Positions 53,205-63,348 of a stretch of DNA of 64,000 nt are shown piece after piece. The notes under the pieces were generated by a model. The model ran no database searches. It was given only the letters and a program-made list of their open reading frames with translations, and had not been told where the DNA came from. The stretch is from assembly GCA_965208575.1 (NCBI GenBank), contig CBDBOV010000006.1, positions 128,001 to 192,000 of the forward strand. The letters are read 5' to 3'. This DNA comes from Spirochaetia bacterium (GTDB lineage Bacteria > Spirochaetota > Spirochaetia > SZUA-6 > Bin103). Position 1 is the first letter of the stretch. Each line of letters starts with the position of its first letter. The position numbers and the translations under genes were made by a program.

Positions 53205-54212
53205 ATGGCGACCGAGCGAATGGGCGACCGGCATGTCGGGGACGCCGCCCAAACACCAGCAGCGGCCGGCGGACCGCGCGAGCGGGGCGGAGGTTCCGGA
53301 CTGGCTCACTTCCTGGTCCGGCTGGGGCGCGAGAAGCCGCTTGGAGCCGTCGGCGGCGTAGTCGTGCTGGCCCTGATCCTGGTGGCGATCTTCGCCGACG
53401 TGCTGGCCCCCTATCCGTTCGATGAAGTGAACCTGAGGGACCTGCTCAAGCCGCCGTCGGCCGAACACCTGATGGGTACCGACCAGTTGGGGCGCGACTA
53501 CTTGAGCCGCAACATCCACGGGGCTCGTATCTCCATGTTCGTTGGTCTGCTGGCGACCAGCCTCAACGTCGTCGTTGCCGTCTTGATCGGCGGAACGGCC
53601 GGGTTCTTCGGCGGCAAGCTGGACTTGGTGGTGCAGCGGGTCGTCGACGCCTGGATGGCCTTTCCGGGGCTGCTGCTGTTGCTGACGATCATGTCGCTGG
53701 TCGGACAGGGCCTGCTGCAACTGATCCTGGTGCTGGGCGTCTCGGGCGGCGTGGTGGCCTCGCGGCTGGTCCGAGGTGCGGTGATCGCGGTCAAGGAGAA
53801 CGACTACCTGCAGGCGGCCACCGCCACCGGCAGCACCCGGATGGGAGCGCTGGTACGCCACGTGCTGCCCAACGTGGCGGCGCCGATCATCGTCGTGTTC
53901 AGCATCAACATCGGCGCGGTGATCATCAGCGAGGCCAGCTTGAGCTTCCTCGGATTCGGTCTGCCGGTTGAGATTCCGAGCTGGGGAACGCTGCTGAGCC
54001 GGGACGGGCGCAAGTACATGGAGCAGGCGCCGTGGCTGGCGCTGTGGCCCGGTCTGTGCCTGACCCTCACCGTCTACAGCCTCAACATGTTCGGCGACGC
54101 CGTCCGCGACCTGCTCGACCCGCGCCTGCGGGGCGGCGGCGGCGGACGCCTCGGAACCCACCACGGCCGGCGGGCACGGCCCAAGCCCAGTCGCAGCCGC
54201 TCGCGCCGGTGA
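53205..54212 (+). CDS. ABC permease (OppC/DppC-like)
   Basis: Near-identical to the 47696 protein. Confidence 0.93.
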   Translation: MATERMGDRHVGDAAQTPAAAGGPRERGGGSGLAHFLVRLGREKPLGAVGGVVVLALILVAIFADVLAPYPFDEVNLRDLLKPPSAEHLMGTDQLGRDYLSRNIHGARISMFVGLLATSLNVVVAVLIGGTAGFFGGKLDLVVQRVVDAWMAFPGLLLLLTIMSLVGQGLLQLILVLGVSGGVVASRLVRGAVIAVKENDYLQAATATGSTRMGALVRHVLPNVAAPIIVVFSINIGAVIISEASLSFLGFGLPVEIPSWGTLLSRDGRKYMEQAPWLALWPGLCLTLTVYSLNMFGDAVRDLLDPRLRGGGGGRLGTHHGRRARPKPSRSRSRR

Positions 54213-54280
54213 GCACACGTGGCCGGTCCCGGCACATCTCGGTGTTGGTGCAAGCGGGCTTGAATGCTACTCTTCTATTC

Positions 54281-54520
54281 ATGAACCCCAGGCAGTTGCT
54301 CGCCGAGGCACTCCAGCTCTCCGCCGAGGAACGTGGCGCGCTTGCCGGGCAGTTGATCGAGAGCCTCGACCAACCGATCGACGAAGACGTCGAAGCGGCG
54401 TGGTCGGTCGAGATTCAGCGGCGCCTGCACCGGCTGGATGACGGGACAGCCAAGACCGTCCCCTGGGCGGAGGCGCGTCGCCGGATTCTTGCCGCCGCTG
54501 ATCGTGACACGGGAACTTGA
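54281..54520 (+). CDS. Addiction-module (unstable antitoxin) protein
   Basis: LLAEALQLSAEERGALA..LIESLD....EAAW..EIQRR....G.AKTVPW. Confidence 0.88.
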   Translation: MNPRQLLAEALQLSAEERGALAGQLIESLDQPIDEDVEAAWSVEIQRRLHRLDDGTAKTVPWAEARRRILAAADRDTGT

Positions 54521-54815
54521 GTATCTCGACGACGCTCTGGTCGAGGCCGAGGAAGCTGCCCGCTGGTATGCCCAGCGCAGTCCTACCGCGGCGACTGGCT
54601 TCGCATTCGAGCTTGAAGCCGCGGCACAGGCGATCACGGATACACCGAACACTTGGCCCGCCTACGATCATGGCACCCGGCGCTTCCTGCTCCGTCGCTA
54701 TCCCTATAGCCTCATCTATCGTGTCGAGCTTACTCGACTGGTAATCGTGGCTGTGGCTCACGCCCGCCGTCGCCCCGGATATTGGAGGCAACGCTTGGCG
54801 GAGCATGGGAAATAG
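54504..54815 (+). CDS. RelE/ParE-family toxin
   Basis: EAARWY, RRFLLRRYPYSLIYR, IVAVAHARRRPGYW; overlaps the antitoxin. Confidence 0.88.
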   Translation: MTRELEYLDDALVEAEEAARWYAQRSPTAATGFAFELEAAAQAITDTPNTWPAYDHGTRRFLLRRYPYSLIYRVELTRLVIVAVAHARRRPGYWRQRLAEHGK

Positions 54816-54869
54816 CCCGCCAGCCACAGCCCGGAGTTGCCAACATGGATGACCAGATCCATCGGGGCG

Positions 54870-54975
54870 TTGCTCGAACGCTCGGTTGACAGGCTGCGGC
54901 GGGCGGTGTACCGTGATCATTCAGGGTTCGGACTCGTGCGGACGATGCGTAACCATAGCACTCAGCACTGCTACC
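54870..54975 (+). promoter_or_regulatory. SBP leader copy C, truncated
   Basis: First ~105 nt of the leader (TTGACA-17-TACCGT) fused to mid-SBP sequence. Confidence 0.8.
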
Positions 54976-55989
54976 GACGAAAAGTACCCGCAAAACCGCT
55001 TACCTTACATCGACAAGTTAGTAGGCCTTTTCATCAACGAGGAAGCCACCTACATCGCGGGGCTGCGCGCCGGCAAGATCGATTTCCTGGGATTCACCGC
55101 TGGTATCTCGGACATCACGTCGGTCGATATAGTGGACAACTTGAGACGCACCGATCCCGACATCCAGCTCTTTCCGTGGTAGGGTCGTGCGGAAACCGCT
55201 TACGCCCTGCCGCTTGACCAGCCGCCATTTGACGACATCAGGGTGCGCAGGGCGATGCAGCTGGCGTTGGACCTGAAGACCATCAACGATACCCACTACA
55301 AGGGAACTGCGCTGTGGAAACCTCAGGGAATCGTGGGAGAAGCGTTCACCGGGTACTACACGCCGTTCGACGAGTGGCCCGCCGAGGTCAAAGCAGGCTA
55401 TGCCTATGATCCGGACCAGGCGCGGCAGCTCCTGGCGGAAGCCGGCTATCCTGATGGCTTCGAGACGACGGTGATCCACTTCGGTGAGTTCGATCTAGGC
55501 TACACGGAAATAGCCGCTGCATACTGGAAGGAAATTGGCGTAGACGCTGAGATTCGGAACTTGGACCGGCCTCAGTATGTCCCTGAGGTAATAACGGAGG
55601 GTACCGCAGAAGGCATCCCCATGACACTTCAAGGCTTCAACATGGCTCAGGGTCCTGTAGCAGTTGTCCGCTGGCGCACTCACTCGGCGTCAATGACGCC
55701 GGCGTGCTGCAACATGGCCAGGGTGAACGACCCTGAGTTGGACGCCATGATTGAAGCGGCTGAATCCACTCCCTCGATCGCAGAGCAGCAGAGGCTGGTG
55801 AGGGAGGTAGACATGCGCCTGATAGAGCAGCAAAATTATGTATGGGGTCCGAAACCTGGCAAGTACATGGCGGCCCAGCCGTGGGTCAAAGGGTATAACG
55901 GAGAAGTCCACTTCGGGCCCCAGAACCGGCATCCGATCTTTGCCCGGATCTGGATTGATCAAGCCCTGAAGCAGGAGATGGGATTCTGA
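54976..55989 (+). pseudogene. 3' half of a family-5 SBP gene with an internal stop
   Basis: Begins at DEKYPQNRLPY; TAG at 55180-55182. Confidence 0.88.
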
Positions 55990-56075
55990 GGAAACCGGGC
56001 TCCACGACATGACGGTGGGACGGTGGCGGAGGGCTGCCGTCCCAGCCAAGACCAAGAAACGATGAGGTGTGGGAC

Positions 56076-57032
56076 ATGAGCGCGTATATCACCAGGAGGA
56101 TACTGCTCATGATCCCCACATTGTTCATCGTGACGATCCTCGTCTTTCTCTCCGTACGCTTCATCCCGGGCGACATCATCGACACCATGATTGGAGATCT
56201 GGAATATGCGGGTCCGCCCATCGACCGTGAAGCGCTCGAACGCAGGCTGGGATTGGACGTGCCGGTCTACGTGCAGTATGGCCGCTGGGTGGGCGGCATC
56301 GTTGTGCGCGGCACGCTGGGTGACTCGCTGCTCGGCGGTATCACCATAGAGGAGAAGATACTCGCCAGATTGCCCGTCACCCTTGAGCTTGGCGCCCTGG
56401 CACTCGGAATCGGGTTCCTGATCGCACTGCCGGTCGGCATCTACTCGGCGATTCGCCAGCAAACGGCCACCGACTACGTGGGACGCTCCTTCGCCATCAT
56501 CGGCCTGGCAACGCCCAACTTCTGGCTCGGACTCATGGTGGTGGTCTTTCCCGCAATCTGGTGGGCGTGGTCGCCACCGATGCAACTCATCCGGTTCCGC
56601 GAAGACCCGCTCGGGAATCTGGGGATGTTCCTCATTCCCAGCCTGATTCTGGGAACGGCCTCTTCGGCCGCGACGATGCGGATGACGCGCACCATGATGC
56701 TGGAGGTGCTGCGTCAGGACTATATCCGGACGGCCTGGTCCAAGGGGCTGCGGGAGAGAGTGGTCGTGGTGCGACATGCCACCAGGAACGCGCTCATCCC
56801 GGTGGTCAGCCTGATCGGGCTGCAATTGCCGATCCTGGTAGGCGGCTCCGTCATCATGGAGAACATCTTCAACCTGCCGGGGCTGGGCGGTCTGATGCTG
56901 GATGCGCTGGAAATCAGAGACTATCCGCTGGTCTCGGGAATCAACCTCCTGTTCGCCACCGGGGTCGTGCTGATCAATCTGGTGATCGACCTGCTCTACG
57001 CCTACCTGGATCCCAGGGTGCGACATGGCTAG
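56076..57032 (+). CDS. ABC permease (OppB/DppB-like)
   Basis: MSAYITRRILL...LDPRVRHG. Confidence 0.92.
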   Translation: MSAYITRRILLMIPTLFIVTILVFLSVRFIPGDIIDTMIGDLEYAGPPIDREALERRLGLDVPVYVQYGRWVGGIVVRGTLGDSLLGGITIEEKILARLPVTLELGALALGIGFLIALPVGIYSAIRQQTATDYVGRSFAIIGLATPNFWLGLMVVVFPAIWWAWSPPMQLIRFREDPLGNLGMFLIPSLILGTASSAATMRMTRTMMLEVLRQDYIRTAWSKGLRERVVVVRHATRNALIPVVSLIGLQLPILVGGSVIMENIFNLPGLGGLMLDALEIRDYPLVSGINLLFATGVVLINLVIDLLYAYLDPRVRHG

Positions 57033-57909
57033 GAGATTGTTCCGCGAGCAGCCACTCGGCGCGTGCGGTGCCATCGTCATCCTGCTGTTGGTCGTAGTCA
57101 GCGTCTTCGCCGGTGTCTTCGCTCCCTACGAGCCCGACGCAATGCACCTGGTGGACCGGCTGCAAGGTCCGTCGGTCACGTATCTCCTGGGTACCGACCA
57201 CCTGGGGCGAGACTCCCTGAGCCGCCTTATCCATGGCGCTCGGGTCTCGTTGACCGTGGGTTTGGCCGCGACCACGGTCAACGTCGTGGTCGCCGTCCTG
57301 ATCGGCGGTACGTCGGGATTCTTCGGCGGCAGGGTGGACCTGGCTACGCAAAGATTCGTGGATGCCTGGATGGCGTTTCCCGGACTGCTGCTGTTGTTGA
57401 CCGTAATGTCCCTGGTGGGGCGCGGTATGCCACAGATCATCCTGGTCCTGGGGATAGCGGGCGGCGTCAGCGGCTCGAGAATAGCCAGGGGCGCCGTGAT
57501 CGGCATCAAGGAGAACGACTACTTTCGGGCGGCGCAGGCGGTCGGCACGTCCACCCCCAGAACGGTGCTGCGGCACGTGCTGCCCAACATCATGGCGCCC
57601 ATGATCGTCGTGTTCTCGGTAAACGTCGGCGCCAACATCCTGTCGGCGGCCGCGCTGAGCTTCCTCGGCTACGGTCTGCCGCCCGGCACTCCCGACTGGG
57701 GCGCCATGCTGAGCTGGGAGGGGCGCAAGTACATGGAGGTGGCGCCCTGGCTGGCGCTCTGGCCCGGCCTCTGCCTGACGGTCGTGGTGTACAGCCTGAA
57801 CATGCTCGGCGACGCGCTCAGGGACCTGCTCGATCCGAGGTTGCGCGGCGCCACCACGCTCCGGGGCCGCGGCGGTGGTCTCGGCGCCGAGCGTGCCGCG
57901 GCGGTGTGA
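57025..57909 (+). CDS. ABC permease (OppC/DppC-like)
   Basis: LGTDHLGRD, RHVLPN, GDALRDLLDPR. Confidence 0.92.
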   Translation: MARRLFREQPLGACGAIVILLLVVVSVFAGVFAPYEPDAMHLVDRLQGPSVTYLLGTDHLGRDSLSRLIHGARVSLTVGLAATTVNVVVAVLIGGTSGFFGGRVDLATQRFVDAWMAFPGLLLLLTVMSLVGRGMPQIILVLGIAGGVSGSRIARGAVIGIKENDYFRAAQAVGTSTPRTVLRHVLPNIMAPMIVVFSVNVGANILSAAALSFLGYGLPPGTPDWGAMLSWEGRKYMEVAPWLALWPGLCLTVVVYSLNMLGDALRDLLDPRLRGATTLRGRGGGLGAERAAAV

Positions 57910-58029
57910 CGACGCGAGCCACCGGCGCCTCGCCGGCGCCCCGGTGTCCGCTCAGCCCGAGGCGCAGCGCGGTGTCGGCGGCGATGGAAGATCTGCCGCC
58001 ACCCGACTGATCCTGTCATGCTGATGGGC

Positions 58030-58242
58030 CTGAAGGCGCGGCGGCGAGCGCGGCCTCGATCGCTGCCTGCATCGCGGCGACTTCAACGTCTTCCAACTCG
58101 GCGAACAGGCGCCGCTTGGTCGCGGACAGCCGGCCGCGACGTAGCTCTCCACTGCCGGCGGCGGGACCGCCAACTTCAGTTCACGCCTGAGCCAAGTGTG
58201 GCCGATACGGTTGCTGCCCTCGTTGCTGACGGGAATAGTCAT
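58030..58242 (-). pseudogene. Fic-family remnant, N-terminus fused to a C-terminal-like segment
   Basis: N-terminus and upstream DNA are paralogous to 60354; followed by LSATKRRLFAELEDVEV in another frame. Confidence 0.55.
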
Positions 58243-58401
58243 GCAGAATCGGTTCCGCTCCTTCCAAAGAGTTTAGAAAAGGCTATCTTCATTCAAATGC
58301 GATTACAATACGTCGATTCACGGTCAACCGATCGCCCATCGTGCCATCGCACGCTTGAGCAGGTACGTCGGGATTCTTCGACGGCAGGGACCCACCCGTA
58401 T

Positions 58402-58497
58402 GCTACGAAAGCCTCATACCAGGTCTTGATCTCCCCGACCCGAGAGACCGCCACCTCTGGTTCGACCACGATCTGATGCAAGAAATGGGTCAGTAGG
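58402..58497 (+). pseudogene. Chimeric scrap: PIN gene fragment joined to an SBP 3' end
   Basis: 58402-58454 matches ~43817-43868; 58455-58497 matches ~46570-46612. Confidence 0.8.
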
Positions 58498-58607
58498 GGC
58501 TTTTTCTTCGCAGGTTGCCGCAGGGAGAGCGGAGAGGCTTCGCCGTTGTGCGTCGCCGCTCGGCTCTCCCGTCCTTTGCGATGGAATCGCTGCGCCTTCG
58601 ACTGCCT

Positions 58608-59289
58608 ATGCGAGCCTATGTTGTCCGGCGGTTGCTGCTCATCATCCCTACGCTCGTCATATTGAGCATTCTGGTCTTCCTCTCGGCCCGCTTCATCCCG
58701 GGCGACGTAATAGACCAGATGGTGGCGACCGACAATTCCCTGTTCGGCCTGGACCGCGAGGCGCTGCTGCACGAGCTGGGGTTGGACGTGCCGGTCCACG
58801 TGCAGTATGGCCGCTGGTTGGAGGGCATTGTCCTGCGCGGCACCCTCGGCGACTCCCTGCTGGGGAAATGGTCGGTCGAGGAAAAGATCGTCGGCAGGTT
58901 CCCGGTCACGCTCGAGCTCGGCTTCCTGGCGCTGGTGATCGGGCTGGTGCTGGGCGTGCCGATCGGCATCTGGTCGGCGATTCGCCAGGATACCACCGTC
59001 GACTACGCGGGCCGTCCGGTCGCCATCCTCGGCCTGGCCACGCCCAACTTCTGGCTCGGCATCATGGTCATGACCTATCCGGGACGGGCGCAAGTACATG
59101 GAGCAGGCGCCGTGGCTGGCGCTGTGGCCCGGCCTGTGCCTGACCCTGACCGTCTACAGCCTCAACATGTTCGGCGACGCCGTCCGCGACCTGCTCGACC
59201 CGCGCCTGCGGGGCGGCGGCGGCCGTCTCGGCACCCACCGCGGCCGCGCGCCGCAAACCCGGTCCGGCCGCCGCCGCTCGCGTCGGTGA
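58608..59289 (+). pseudogene. OppB 5' half fused to OppC 3' end by deletion
   Basis: Junction acctatCCGGgacgggcgcaag at ~59078 with 4-bp microhomology. Confidence 0.9.
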
Positions 59290-59501
59290 GCACACGTGGC
59301 CGGTCCCGACGCTGACCGGGAGTCGACCGGGGCTCATGGCGTATGGCGTCACGGGCGCGCGACTGCCATCGAGAACGGTGCCGTAGTCACCGGTAGAGGA
59401 CTTGACCAGTATGAACCGGTACGATGTGGACGGTGTAGACAGGACCTTTCTTCAGGTGCTACTTTTGGGTCTGTTGAGAAGTGCCACAAGGAGTCGCAGA
59501 C

Positions 59502-59771
59502 ATGGGCGTCAAGTTCTCGGAGGATGTCGTACCCCTTACCGACTTGAAGGTGAATCCGGGGCGGGTTGTCAGGCATGCGTCGGAAGCTCACCGGCCGGTG
59601 TTGCTGACCAGCCGGGGCCGCGGCGTCGCGGTTGTCCAGTCGGTGAGCGACTTCGAGGCAGCCGAGGATGAGCGGGAGTTCATGCGGGCGGTGGTCGCCG
59701 GACTTGCGGACCTGGAGGCCGGGCGAGAGCTGTCGCTGGCCGAGGTGAAGGAGCGACTCCGGCTCCGATAG
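59502..59771 (+). CDS. Phd/YefM-family antitoxin
   Basis: DVVPLTDLK.NP..VV......RPVLLTSRGRGVAVV; RBS aaggag. Confidence 0.9.
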   Translation: MGVKFSEDVVPLTDLKVNPGRVVRHASEAHRPVLLTSRGRGVAVVQSVSDFEAAEDEREFMRAVVAGLADLEAGRELSLAEVKERLRLR

Positions 59772-59775
59772 ACGA

Positions 59776-60081
59776 GTGCTCTCCATTCTCTTTTCCGAAT
59801 CCGCCGTCTCGGACCTGGAGGAGCTCGTGGGCTGGTACGAGAGCCAGGGTGTCCCGGACGTCGGGAGCCGGATCGCAGCGGAGATAGTGGCTCGGATCGA
59901 ATCGCTTGGCGATCTTCCCGACAGTGGACGGATCGTGCCGGAGTTCAATCAGCCCGCCATACGGGAACTCATCCACCCACCATTTCGCATTGTCTATCGC
60001 CGGGGCGCGGCCCACGTCCAGGTGGTTCGCGTATGGCGTAGCGAGCGGTTGCTCAAGCTGCCGGAGGAAGATTACCGCTGA
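59776..60081 (+). CDS. RelE/ParE-family toxin
   Basis: SAVSDLEE, P.SGRIVPEF, RELIHPPFRIVYR, VRVWRSER. Confidence 0.9.
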   Translation: MLSILFSESAVSDLEELVGWYESQGVPDVGSRIAAEIVARIESLGDLPDSGRIVPEFNQPAIRELIHPPFRIVYRRGAAHVQVVRVWRSERLLKLPEEDYR

Positions 60082-60354
60082 TGGATAGCGTAGGGCGCCC
60101 TTGTCGCTCGGATCGAAATCGCCCCCCTGCCTGAGCGCCGCGACGAATCGCTCGGTGTGGGCGGTACTCGGGATCTCACCCTCGAGGGCGAACGAGGAAC
60201 GGGTCTCTTTCGTAAACAGATAGTGGACGGCGCGCCGCGCCCCTGCCACGACGTAGCTCTCGACCGCCGGCGCCGGGGTCGCCAAGTTCAGCTCACGTCT
60301 GAGCCAGGCGTGGCCGGTCGGGTTGCCGCCCTGGTTGCTGAAGGGAAAAGCCAT
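60082..60354 (-). pseudogene. Fic-family remnant with internal deletion
   Basis: GHAWLRREL...ESYV joined to RAVHYLFTKETRSSFALEGE...ERFVAAL. Confidence 0.6.
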
Positions 60355-60590
60355 GCAGAATCGGTTCCGCTCCTTTCAAAGAGTAGGAGCGCGTGCGGCG
60401 GGTGATCGAACCGATGCCGAGCGGCACTCACCGGGACGCCTTCACGGACCGCGATATCGGGCACGCGCGCGCGACTGCCATCGAGTACGGGCCCCCTGGG
60501 TCACCATGCACGTGGCTGGCAATGCTGGCAAAGCGAGTGATGGACGGCGCCGCCGATTCCAGGTACGGTAGAAGGCGAGTAGCCTGAGTC

Positions 60591-61025
60591 ATGGCAGTGC
60601 TGTCGGTGCCACGTCCGTTGCAGGAGCGCCTGGGTGAAGCAGCGACCGAGTCGTTGGTCGAGATGCTGCGCCAGATCGAATCGGATCAGGAAGAGCGGCG
60701 CGAAGTGCAGAAGGAGCAACTGCTCCAGGTCCTGGAGGAGCGGTTTCTGCGTCACGTAGCGGAGTCGGAACAGCGGACGAACGCGGAGATCGCCGCGGTG
60801 CGGGTGGATCTCGGCAAGGAGATCACCGCGGTGCGGGTGGATCTTGGCAAGGAGATCGCCGCGGTTCGGGTGGATCTTGGCAAGGAGATCACCGACGTCC
60901 GCAAGGAGATCGCCGATGTCCGCAAGGAGATAACTACCCAGACGCGGTGGATTCTCGCCGTACTGGGAGGCGCGGCGGTGTTGATTCCGATCCTGCAGCG
61001 CGTAATGGCGGCACTCATACCGTAG
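60591..61025 (+). CDS. DUF1640/Bdr-like coiled-coil repeat protein with C-terminal membrane anchor
   Basis: VPRPLQERLGE.A...LVEML N-terminus; KEI repeats; TRWILAVLGG hydrophobic tail. Confidence 0.75.
   Translation: MAVLSVPRPLQERLGEAATESLVEMLRQIESDQEERREVQKEQLLQVLEERFLRHVAESEQRTNAEIAAVRVDLGKEITAVRVDLGKEIAAVRVDLGKEITDVRKEIADVRKEITTQTRWILAVLGGAAVLIPILQRVMAALIP
60786..60926 (+). repeat. Coding tandem repeats: 3 x 33 bp plus 2 x 21 bp
   Basis: gagatcRccgcggtKcgggtggatctYggcaag x3; gagatcRccgaYgtccgcaag x2. Confidence 0.9.
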
Positions 61026-61331
61026 CCAAACCGCGGCAGGCTACCTCGTCTGCATCAAGTGGCCGCGTCCGCCCCGGCAACAGATCTCGCCTCAGTCTCA
61101 CCGACCCCCAGAGCGCCCAGATCCGATCCGATGGCGAAGGTACGGGGGTTTGATGCTGGATACTTATTAGCGTTTCCGTTTACCTATATATTACTATTGT
61201 TCAGACGAAGCTGACCCGACGGAGACGATGACCAACGACGAGAGCCATCCGGCCACCCCGCACGTTGACATTCATAACGAGGTACGGACCCAGCGCCACC
61301 AGCTCCGGGCCCTGATCGCAATGGTGGCACC

Positions 61332-62519
61332 GTGGCACTGAAGGCCAATGTCAAGGCGGCGGTGGTCAGCCTCCACGCGGCGAAGCAGCGCAGCCTCCTG
61401 GCCTTGATCGGCATCGTGATCGGCATCGGCTCGGTCATCGCCATGCTCTCGGTGGGGACGATCGCCAAGCGTCAGGCCCTGGCACAGTTCCAGGAACTCG
61501 GCACCGACTACCTCTCCATTCAGGTGCACGGCCAGGGGACCGGCGGCTTGCCGGGGATCCCACTGGCGGATGCGGTAGGATTGCCGGAAGGGACGTCGTC
61601 GATCGCGGGAGTTGCTCCCTGGAGCCAGGGCCACGGGGATGTCGTGCATGCCGGGAAGAGGGTCGTGCATGCTCCCACCCTGGGGGTGACCGGTTCATTC
61701 CTGGAGTTGAACAGGCTGCGGCTGGCCGAGGGCCGTGCGATCTCGGATCTGGACTTTCGCCGCGACCACTGCGTGGTCGGAGCGCGCGTGGCCTCCGCCC
61801 TCCGCAGTGCCGGCGCGGAAGAATCGCTGGTCGGCGAGCCGATCAGGCTGCAGGAGCGCATCTTCACTATCGTGGGCGTGCTGCACGCCGCCCCGAGGTG
61901 GGGGCTGCAGGCCTTCGACGCCGACCGGGCGATCATGCTTCCCCTCTCCACCGCGCAGCGCATGTTCCCGCAGCAGGGGTTGAACCAGATCGTCGCCCGC
62001 ATGAGGCCGGAGGCGCACCACAGGGCGGCGACCGCGGAAGTGCAGGGCTACTTTCGTCGCCGGGCGCCGCGCATGACGGTCAACGTGCAGAGCGCCCAGA
62101 AGCTGATCGAACAGATGCAGCGCCAGACGCAGACATTCGCGCTGCTGCTGGCCGCGATCGGCAGCATATCGCTGATCGTCGGTGGCGTCGGCGTCATGAA
62201 CGTCATGCTGGTCTCGGTGACCGAGCGGCGCAAGGAAATCGGGATCAGGCGCGCGCTCGGTGCCCGCCGCTTCGACGTCCAGAGCCAGTTCCTGACCGAG
62301 TCCATCGTCCTCTCGCTGATCGGCGGGGTGTTCGGCATACTGGTCGGCGTGGGGGGCACCTGGATCTTCTGCCAGTTCTCGGGTTGGACGTTCCTGGTCG
62401 ATCCGACCGCCGCGGCGCTGGGGGTCGTCGTGGCCTGTGGAGTCGGCGTGTTCTTCGGGCTGCAGCCCGCTCACCATGCGGCCCGGCTCGATCCGATCAC
62501 CGCCCTGAGATCGGAGTAG
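61332..62519 (+). CDS. MacB/FtsX-like ABC exporter permease
   Basis: RSLLALIGIVIGIGSV, MLVSVTERRKEIGIRRALGA, AARLDPITALRSE. Confidence 0.93.
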   Translation: MALKANVKAAVVSLHAAKQRSLLALIGIVIGIGSVIAMLSVGTIAKRQALAQFQELGTDYLSIQVHGQGTGGLPGIPLADAVGLPEGTSSIAGVAPWSQGHGDVVHAGKRVVHAPTLGVTGSFLELNRLRLAEGRAISDLDFRRDHCVVGARVASALRSAGAEESLVGEPIRLQERIFTIVGVLHAAPRWGLQAFDADRAIMLPLSTAQRMFPQQGLNQIVARMRPEAHHRAATAEVQGYFRRRAPRMTVNVQSAQKLIEQMQRQTQTFALLLAAIGSISLIVGGVGVMNVMLVSVTERRKEIGIRRALGARRFDVQSQFLTESIVLSLIGGVFGILVGVGGTWIFCQFSGWTFLVDPTAAALGVVVACGVGVFFGLQPAHHAARLDPITALRSE

Positions 62520-62611
62520 TACGCAGGGCCGCTCCGTGGCGACAGAGACCATGAAAACGGGTACACGTGATTGGTCCGCTGGACATGGTTTTCGGACTAG
62601 CTGGAGGTGAG

Positions 62612-63298
<687 letters not shown>

Positions 63299-63348
63299 CC
63301 AGGAACCGTTGCGAACGGATTCGCAGGTACCTGCTCTCCGACCGACGT

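Noticed and set aside
43030-60600. Integron with attC-bounded TA cassettes
   Set aside because: No tyrosine integrase in the window and no consistent RYYYAAC...GTTRRRY attC pairs recognised; an IntegronFinder run would settle it
60786-60926. 33-bp repeats of CRISPR-like length
   Set aside because: No spacers; they encode coiled-coil repeats
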